The notes below the pieces were generated by a model. The model saw nothing but the letters and a program-made list of their open reading frames with translations. It searched no databases and was not told where the DNA came from. A stretch of 64,000 nt of DNA, from the NCBI GenBank assembly GCA_951406725.2, contig OX597827.1:11222001-11286000 (forward strand). The letters are read 5' to 3'. Source of the DNA: Octopus vulgaris (taxonomy: Eukaryota). This document shows, one piece after another, positions 54,573 through 64,000 of this stretch (positions within the stretch are counted from its first letter, which is position 1; each line of letters opens with the position of its first letter). The position numbers and the translations under genes are program-made.

Positions 54573-55944
54573 GAGAAAGAACGAGAGAGCCATTTATTAT
54601 TTAACACAATTATTTTGTTGTTTTTTTTTAATATTGAATACGTACCCCTGCTGCGGTTGGCCAGGGATTACTCAATGGAAGGAAATATGTATTTTTATAA
54701 GTTTCATCGGCTTAAAAGTATAAAAATAAAAACTACTAGCGATAGCACAGATTGATGACAAATATATTACAATTGTGGGGGAGAGACATCGGTAAGTATT
54801 TTATATTATAAAATTGGTGATGATGGAGATTACGGTGGTGAAAGAACCAACAATGATATCATCGTTGCAGGATGGAATGGAGCAGGAGTCAGGTGTATGG
54901 ATGATTGAATTTTCATGATTTATCATTGTCATGATTTTTAAGCCTCTTCCTTTTTTTTGTCCTCATCATCATCCCTGTTGTCACTATGCTCTTCTTTTAC
55001 TTCCTCCTTCCTCTCCTCCTTCACCTCCTCCTCCTCCTTCAACTCATTGCCATCACCATTTATCATCGTCATCCATATCGCAGTCCCCTATTTATCATTC
55101 CAGACCTTATCATCATCACCATCATCGTCGTCGTCGTCGTCATCATCATCATCATCATCACCATCATCATCATCACCAGCGCTATTAGCATAATTGCCAT
55201 TATCATCATGTCCTCACTGTCACCATCATTGTCATCATCATCATTGTCATCATCATCGTCATCATCATTGTCATCCTCATATTCATTGTCATCATCATCA
55301 CCATCATTATCATCATCATAACTGTCATCATTGTCATCATCGTCATCATCACCATCATTGTCTTTGTTGTTGTCAGCATCGATTGTTATCATAGAACAAA
55401 ATTGAAGACATTATCAAAATTGTTATCATATTCATTTCTAACAAAGGTGCAAGTTCCAAAATCCAGGTGAGCAGAAGGAGAAATGGTGATTATATTCTTA
55501 TTGACCCAGGAGGGATAAAGTTAGCCTTGGTGGGATTTGATCTTAAATCGAAGTGACTCAGGACAAATACTGTGAAGCATCCTCTCTGATGTTCTAATAA
55601 CTCAGCTGACCAACTGTCCTTTAAATTTTCTACACCATAAAACAGTTTTATAAACATCTATGAAATTAGGTATCTATGAAGTCAGGTATCTAAGTTAGGT
55701 ACATAAATAGCAATAAGAATATTAAAAATGTCTTCAGGTTTCACTAGTTCAAAACTATATATATCTAAATTTATTGAGTTTATATATATGTATTTGCATA
55801 GCAAGTGACCTGATCTGAGATCTTGTGCTGGAACGAAAAAAGATGTTTCATTTTCATAAAACAATAATTCCAGAGGTTTTCAAATGGCTAATGGCATACA
55901 GTTGCTTATTATGGGGCTACTAGCTGACCATACGCCATCAGTAA

Positions 55945-56330
55945 TGATACTTGTACTTGTACTTGTGGCGACATTCACCCTGGGCGGGTTGAGTTGGCTT
56001 CTTCTACCACCCTCGAAGGTGATAGAAGAAGTTTCATGGGAATATGGATTTCACAAGCATTCCCCAACAATCTCGCATGTAGAGACATCCTGTTTGCCAC
56101 AGATTGTCCACAGACGTAGGGACAGAACGACCAAGGAGCCACCAGTTGCCGAAACAGACACTCCGAGGATTTTCACCAGAGCTGCCCCGTCTGCCGGGTT
56201 GTGGCCCTAATACCACTCGGTGTCAGACCAATCCGCCTTGGGTGGCCCTACCAGGAACTGAAGTTCCCGACAGCATAGCTCTGACACTCCCGTTGCCAGT
56301 GTCCCGGCCACGGTGAGGAGGGGATGGACT
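55945..56330 (-). mobile_element. Short non-coding RTE/BovB-related retroelement
   Basis: Minus 5' end GAGCTATGCTG...GTAGGGCCACCCAAGGCGGA (resembles RTE 5' UTR motif); 3' tail (CAAGTA)3. Confidence 0.6.
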
Positions 56331-56539
56331 TTGGGGATGGCTAAATGATGGCTAATTGTAGTATTTTATATACAGATAAAGTACAAAATAATGAACATAA
56401 TCACACATACAAACATTCACATATTTCCCTTGTACAATCACACATGTACATACATATACTCACACAGAGTTGAAATGATGATTATTTTCACCCCTTCCTT
56501 CCTTATTCATCTATCACCCATTCGTTTTTCTCATTGCTG

Positions 56540-56789
56540 TTACACCAGCATCGGTTGTCAAGCAATGCTAGGGGGACAAACACAAACACACAAATACACA
56601 CACACATACATATATATATACATATATATGACAGACTTCTTTCAGTTTCCGTCTACCAAATCCACTCACAAGGCATTGGTCGGTCCGGGGCTATAACAGA
56701 AGGCACTTGCCCAAGATGCCCCGCAGTGGGACTGAACCCAGAACAATGTAGTTGGTTAGCAAGCTACTTACCACACAGCCACTCCTGCA

Positions 56790-56792
<3 letters not shown>
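56540..56792 (-). mobile_element. SINE family A 5' part
   Basis: Consensus match. Confidence 0.8.
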
Positions 56793-56859
<67 letters not shown>

Positions 56860-57349
56860 CATATACATATGTATTCATATGTGTGTACATGTATATGTGT
56901 ACAGGTATGTATATTTACATGTGAGGAATCACATACAAGTGTGTATGCATAAATATGTTGCCATTAAAATATTACAGTAAACATCACAACAAAACAATCT
57001 CTTGAGGTAAGTTATGGTTTTGCTTGCATAAAATATAAGTTGTCTGGAATATTCCCACAAGAACCCAAAAAAGGTAACTTAAATTGTGTGTTTGAAACAG
57101 CTGTTAGTGCATGTGTAACATGCAAGGAACATAAAGATAAGTATTTTCATTATAACTATAACATGTTATCTCAAAATATATTCAAGCAACAGATATTTCA
57201 AGGGAAACATGTTCAAATTATAAATTGAATGATTGCAAACGTGTAACACAGAGAACTGGAGTTATGAGTTTTTCAGTTGCAAAGTATTAAAGAATATTCC
57301 TTGCTTGCATATTGAATTCTGTAATTTATCACTCTTAGTGAATCACAGC

Positions 57350-57614
57350 AATTTTATATATATGTGTATAAAAAATTTTATATATATGTGTATAAAAAAT
57401 TTTATATATATGTGTATAAAAAATTTTATATATATGTGTATAAAAAATTTTATATATATGTGTATAAAAAATTTTATATATATGTGTATAAAAAATTTTA
57501 TATATATGTGTATAAAAAATTTTATATATATGTGTATAAAAAATTTTATATATATGTGTATAAAAATTTTATATATATGTGTATAAAAAATTTTATATAT
57601 ATGTGTATAAAAAA
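57350..57614. repeat. 24-bp minisatellite (AATTTTATATATATGTGTATAAAA), ~11 units
   Basis: Nearly perfect period. Confidence 0.9.
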
Positions 57615-57800
57615 TCACCTTCACCTTCGAAACATAGAGTAGATGAAACCATGGCGACTGAAGAAGGGGTTTTTTCCTTGTGTTATTTGTCCTGTACACT
57701 TTTTTTTTTTTTAAGAAAAATTTCCACTTCCTTGGGTTTTTGTCTATGTTTTCGTTTCTCATTGTGTTCGACGTTTTTTTGGTGTCCTGTACTCATATAT
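57615..57800 (+). mobile_element. Penelope-like remnant, same family as 18020-18270
   Basis: CCTTCGAAAC...CTGAAGAAGGGG...GTCCTGTACTC then (TA)n. Confidence 0.5.
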
Positions 57801-57859
57801 GCATGTATATATACATGTAGAGGTAGGTACGTACATATATGTATATATATATATGCATA

Positions 57860-57909
<50 letters not shown>

Positions 57910-58345
57910 GTAGATAGCCAGATAAACAGGCAGATAGATAGATAAATAGATAGGTAGATAGACAGATAGATAGACAGATAGATAGCTAGATAGATAGATA
58001 GATAGATGGATAGATAGATAGATAGATAGATAGACAGATAAATAGATAGATAGATAATCATAAAAGAGTATAAGAGGCGAATACAGATTTATCATTTCCT
58101 TATGATTTCCATATGATTATAGCTGTTTTGTAATCCTTTCCATGGAGTATTATTAACTTCAGCGTTACAAACTATATATCAATACACATGTTTAGCATTA
58201 TATAATACAGTTATACATTCACAGAGAGTTGTATATAATAGAGAGAACTAACTTGTCTTATAATAGATGGTGGAAGATAATGGATACATCCAAGATACTG
58301 GATTCAACTCAACTCTTTTACTTTCTCCCATTATCCACCTCCTTC

Positions 58346-58382
<37 letters not shown>

Positions 58383-58390
58383 CATATGTG

Positions 58391-58432
<42 letters not shown>

Positions 58433-58507
58433 TATATGTATATATATATATATATGTATACTTTGATATATACATATATATATACATATATATATACTTT
58501 GATATAT

Positions 58508-58577
<70 letters not shown>

Positions 58578-58602
58578 CACATATATATATATATATATGT
58601 AC

Positions 58603-58648
<46 letters not shown>

Positions 58649-58989
58649 ATATATGTATATATATATAGTTACAGAGAAAGGGGAGAGAGATGGATAGATA
58701 AGTAGATAGACAGATAGATACACACATACATACATACATACATACATACATAAAATTGTGCATTGGATTGGTAAGCGGAATCATATTATATCCATCTTAT
58801 AACGAAAGGATTTGTGCCTTTGACTAGATTCTATATCTAAAAGTTTTATACAATACTAAAGTGGGATATACTTGTCAAAAATGCCATGCATGAGCTCAAG
58901 CCCACAGCTATAAAGTATCAGAGTGGGCTCCTTACCCACATGGCCACCTTTACACTCAAATAGTTATGGTCTTATTTGGTCAAATCCCG

Positions 58990-59260
58990 TGAAGGTGCAT
59001 GGCTTAGTAGTTAGGGCATTCGGCCCACGACACTTTATTTCACGTTGCTCCAGACCACTCAGCTGGCAAAAATGAGTTGTACCTGTGTTTCAAAGGGCCG
59101 GCCTTTTCACACTCTGTGTCATGCTGAACCTACATAAGAACCACATTAGGGGTACACGTGTCTGTGGATTGCTCAGCCACTTACATGTTAATTTTATGAG
59201 CAAGTTGTTCCGTTGATCATATCAGCTTGGACCCTCGTCGTTGTAATCGACAGAGTGCTC
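58990..59260 (+). mobile_element. SINE family D
   Basis: Matches 45783 tail region. Confidence 0.75.
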
Positions 59261-59307
59261 CTCTCTGGTCAAATCCATCCCCTGAAAATTTGTCATCTTG
59301 CACTAAT

Positions 59308-59646
59308 AGGTGCTGGAATGGCTGTGTGGTAAGAAGCTTGGTTCCCAACCACATGGTTCCAGGTTCAGTCTCACTGCATGGCACCTTTGGACTGGCCCCT
59401 GTGCAGGTGACATGTAAAAAACACCATTTGAACATGACTGAGTACTGCCTGACTGGCCCTCAGGCTAATGGCACGTAAAAGCACCCACTACACTGTCAGA
59501 GTGGTTGGCGTTAGGAAGGGCATTCTGCTGTAGAAACTCTGCCAGATCAGATTGGAGCCTGGTGCAGCCATCTGATTCGCCAATCCTCAGTCAAATCGTT
59601 TAACCCATGCTAGCATGGAAAGCAGACGTTCAACGATGATGATGAT
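59308..59646 (+). mobile_element. SINE with family A head joined to family C body/tail
   Basis: A-type head to ~59388, then GGCACGTAAAA repeats, C core, (GAT)n. Confidence 0.75.
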
Positions 59647-59904
59647 AGAATTTTAAATGTCCATTGTGATTGAACTAGTACTTTCATGCATTAAACTATG
59701 CAATCTTCAGGTTTATGTAGTAGTGGTGAAAGTTAAGTTTTATATTTTACAACTGTAGTGAGATGGCTGAACTGTGTGCCTTAAATACAGTCATATAGGC
59801 TCCATATATATATATATATATATATATTCTTTAAATTGTTTCCGCTTTAAAGCTGTGGTTAAGCTAGGGCACGAGCATACATCTATATATTATGTGTGTG
59901 TGTA

Positions 59905-60062
59905 TCAGCAGTAGTGGGTGTGTGGTAAGTAGCTTGCTTACCATCCACATGGTTCCAGGTCCAGACCCACTACGTGGTACCTTGGGCAAGTGTCTTCTAC
60001 TATAGCCTCGGGCCGACCAAAGTCTTGTGAGTGGATTTGGTAGACAGAAACTGAAAGAAGCC

Positions 60063-60112
<50 letters not shown>

Positions 60113-60395
60113 CTATATATATATTCATATATATATATAAATATATATATATATAGATATGTATATGTGTATGTGCGTGTATATATTTGTGTGTCTGTGT
60201 TTGTTCCCCTAGCATTGCTTGACAACTGATGCTGGTGAGCTTACATCCCTGTAACTTAGCAGTGCGGCAAAAGAGACTGATAGAATAAGTACAGGCTTAC
60301 AAAGAATAAGTCCTGGAGTCGATTTGCTCGACTAAACGGTGGTGCTCCAGCATGGCCACAGTGAAATTACTGAAACAAGTAAAAGAGTAAAGAGA
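59905..60395 (+). mobile_element. SINE family A
   Basis: Consensus match. Confidence 0.85.
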
Positions 60396-60749
60396 GTATA
60401 ATATATACAGCAAACCTCTTTTTTCGAAAACAGGTTTGGACGGATCATGTATGAAGATTTCTAAAAGTCAAAATGACCTGAATATCTCAACATGATTACA
60501 GCGCCATCTATAATCAAGTAGTGACAGAAACATGCAAGAATTTATTGTGATTAGGTTTTTGAAAGTGGTAAAAGGAAACTGGTTTTAAAAATGAATACCA
60601 CTCAAAGAAAAATTTTGAATTCTTTCATTTTTATTTTTTGGGGGTTTTTGCTTTGTTTGTTTGGTGTCCTTGTTTCTTTCTTTTTTTTTTTAGTTTTTCA
60701 ACTTTTATGTTACTTTTAGATTAACATAATAATAATGAAGTCAGTGGTG

Positions 60750-61140
60750 GAAGATAATGAAGATGATGATGATGATGATGATGATGATGGTAGTATAACA
60801 ACAACAACAACAACATAACAAAATCAACAATAATACAACCGCAATAACAACAATAAAATAACAACAACAATAACAACAATAGGATAATGATGAAGATGGT
60901 GGTGGTGGCGGTGGTGGTGGTGGTGGTGGTGGTGGTGGTGGTGGTGGTGGTGGTGGTGGTGGTGGTGGTGGTGGTGATGGTGGTGGTGGTGGTGGTGGTG
61001 GTGATGGTGTTGGTGTTGGTGGTGGTGGGTGGTGGTGGTGGTGGTGATGGTGTTGGTGGTGGTGGTGGTGGTGGTGAGAAATAGAAGAGAAGACGAAGAC
61101 GAAGAAGAAGAAGAAGAAGAAAGAAAAAGAAGAAGGATAA
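60750..61140. repeat. Compound (GAT)/(CAA)/(GGT)/(GAA) microsatellite
   Basis: Direct inspection. Confidence 0.9.
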
Positions 61141-61567
61141 TGTAAATAACAATAAATATAAAAAAAATAAAGATGAAAATTATTAGCAAAGGAAATATTT
61201 CCTGCTTCAGTTTGGTACTGCCATTGTCTTTTTAGCATGCATCGTCTTGATCTTCGTTGCACACCGATTCAAATAAAAATTGCATTCTTCCATACTGTGT
61301 ATACAAGCCACGCTTTCTGCCACCCAAGGCATACAATTGGTGCACTTTTCACGCAGACTTGGAAGTTTTCCAGTTTCCAATCTATTGCCTCACTAAACAC
61401 TAAAACATCATTTATTCCAGTCTTTATTAAAAAGATAAAAAAAAATCCCACTCCCTTCTTTATCTCAACAAAATACCGCTCCCTAATTTTTCATCTCGTT
61501 ATGTGTCTCGCTCATATATATGCTTATATATATATACATATACATACATACATACATATATATATAC

Positions 61568-61639
<72 letters not shown>

Positions 61640-61645
61640 TGTATA

Positions 61646-61685
<40 letters not shown>

Positions 61686-61877
61686 TGTATATATATGTAT
61701 GTATGTATATATATATATAGGAAATATACATATATAAATATACATGTGTGTGTGTATATATATATATTTATATATATATATATTGTGTATATATACATAC
61801 ATATATATAAAGTTTATATATTGCATACATATATGTATATATTATATATATGTATGTATGCATACATAACTATATAT

Positions 61878-61928
<51 letters not shown>

Positions 61929-62537
61929 TATATATAGATATATACATATACATATATATGTATATATACACAAATATATAATCAGATATGCATAAAAACT
62001 ATCTCTCTCTCTTTTTATCTTTCTCTCTCTCTCTCACTTTCTCCCCCTTTCTCTTTCTCATACTATTCATCTATCTATCTATCTATCCATTGATCCCTCG
62101 TTAGCCCTATAATTTAATTTATACTTTATCTTGATATTTATTCTATATCACCTTAACATTGTTTTACTTTTATTTGATTTTTTTTTTTGTATATTTATCT
62201 CTGTCTCCCTATGATATGTAGAAAAAAAATTGCTAGGCTTTAAAAAAAAAAGGATATATAAAGTATATGAAAATACATAAAAAAATATACAAGCTATATG
62301 AAATATATTAATACAAAATAAATAAAGGAACCAGCTATTTTTGTATTAATTTAGCAATGTTTCTGAGGTTGAAATCTCTATCAATAGTCCTAGTGATAAG
62401 CCATTTATATACACCTCAGGAGAATTTATTTCTCACATTTCACTGACACTCCCTGCAGTAATATAATCAATCACATAAGCATAGATTTGCATGCTCACAT
62501 ACACATACACATTCATATATACATACAAACATAGAGG

Positions 62538-62570
<33 letters not shown>

Positions 62571-62738
62571 GTAGTTATATTTTTAAATCATTTATATTAT
62601 ATAGGCAAGAAATCGTAAAATATGAGTGTTTATATATTTACAAATATAACACATGTGTATGTGTGTATATATGTATATATATATGTGTGTGTTTACATAT
62701 ATGTATATGTATACATATATATATGTGTATATGTATAT

Positions 62739-62780
<42 letters not shown>

Positions 62781-62963
62781 ATATATACACACACATACAT
62801 GCATATATATGTGTATGTGTGTGTATGTATATATATACATATGCCCACGCAACTGCACATACATGTGCACACTCACATACATACAAACATATATCATTGT
62901 ATTATGTATATATTAATTATTTCTGATAATAGGTTACAGGAAAGTCTTTCTTTTTGCTTTTAT

Positions 62964-63039
<76 letters not shown>

Positions 63040-63288
63040 ACTCATGTTCTCACTCACATTTACACACACATTTATATACATGCATGCATGCACACAAACA
63101 TACATAGACAGCTACAAACATACATGCAATTACACATAAGTAAACACACATGCACACACATACACACTTACAGACACACTAACTGACACATACACTTGCA
63201 CATCCACACACACATCTGTTTTAATGATAAGACAACAATAAAATATTTTCGATACTATATTTGATTTTTTTTTTTGAATAGCTTTCTG

Positions 63289-63342
<54 letters not shown>

Positions 63343-63756
63343 TTTTTTTTTTTTGGTTTTTTTGTTCTCATCATCTTATATTTCTAAAAAAGTATTGTAT
63401 GCTTCTACAGAGGGATTTTTATCTCAAACAGCTTTAGTAAATTGAAATAGAAGAAGGCAGCAAAGGTGAAACCATAATAAGAGAAATTCTTCTTATTATT
63501 ATTCTGTATGCTTATTTATTTAAAGACTAAAAGCAGAGCTTAGGTAATATTGACTTTATAGTAACAGTGAATACTAAACTAAATGGTAAACAAGTCTGTA
63601 TCAGTATTGATTTCTAATATTGGCACAATATCAGTGCCATGCTAGACATGGCCATACAGAGCAACTACCCAAGGGACACACCCAGAGCTACTTATCTGAT
63701 ACATGGGAATTTAATTAGGAAATCAGATTTCTGATTAAATATACCAGGCGTAGTAT

Positions 63757-63922
63757 AGGCACAGGCATGGCTGTGTGATTAAAAAGTTTGTTTCCCAATC
63801 ATAAGGTTTTGGGTTCAATAACACTGCAGGGTACCTTGGGTTATGGTTTTTTTTTTTTCTATACCTCTGAGTTCACCGAAGCCTTGTGTGAAGATTGGGT
63901 GGACAGAAATTGAAAGAAGCCA
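63757..63922 (+). mobile_element. SINE family A head, degenerate
   Basis: GGCACAGGCATGGCTGTGTG...GAAATTGAAAGAAGCC. Confidence 0.7.
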
Positions 63923-64000
63923 GTGATTCATTTATATGTCACTGTACCACAAAGTCTATCAGATACTCTCTCTTTTACTCTTTTACTTGTTTCAGTCATT

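Noticed and set aside
55884-56210. 108-aa membrane-protein-like ORF
   Set aside because: Antisense to the RTE-related element; its hydrophobic stretch overlaps the (TACTTG)n tail
61190-61400. ~60-codon open frames in a unique island
   Set aside because: No recognisable domain or convincing splice sites

Overview
AT-rich, repeat-saturated animal genomic DNA, intronic or intergenic, with no supportable intact protein-coding gene. Nearly all ORFs in the track are translations of microsatellites or SINEs. The SINE families resemble ones I associate with octopus/cephalopod genomes (inference, not database-checked). Content: dozens of copies of four SINE families, Tc1, mariner and RTE fossils, hAT-, piggyBac- and Helentron-type non-autonomous elements, a 5S rRNA pseudogene, and many micro/minisatellites. 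The main signal is about ten hammerhead-ribozyme (HHR) folds. Most are minimal type I HHRs with palindromic stem III and different core variants (GUGAACA, UUGAAAA, CCGACGA, CCGAAGA, CUGUAGA). They sit in short (TA)n-embedded elements that often form head-to-head fold-back hairpins, consistent with Penelope-like pLTR remnants. There is also one extended type I HHR at 2947-3028 and a ~385-bp RTE-derived non-coding element with a structured 5' end. All folds were made by eye, and repeat boundaries are approximate.
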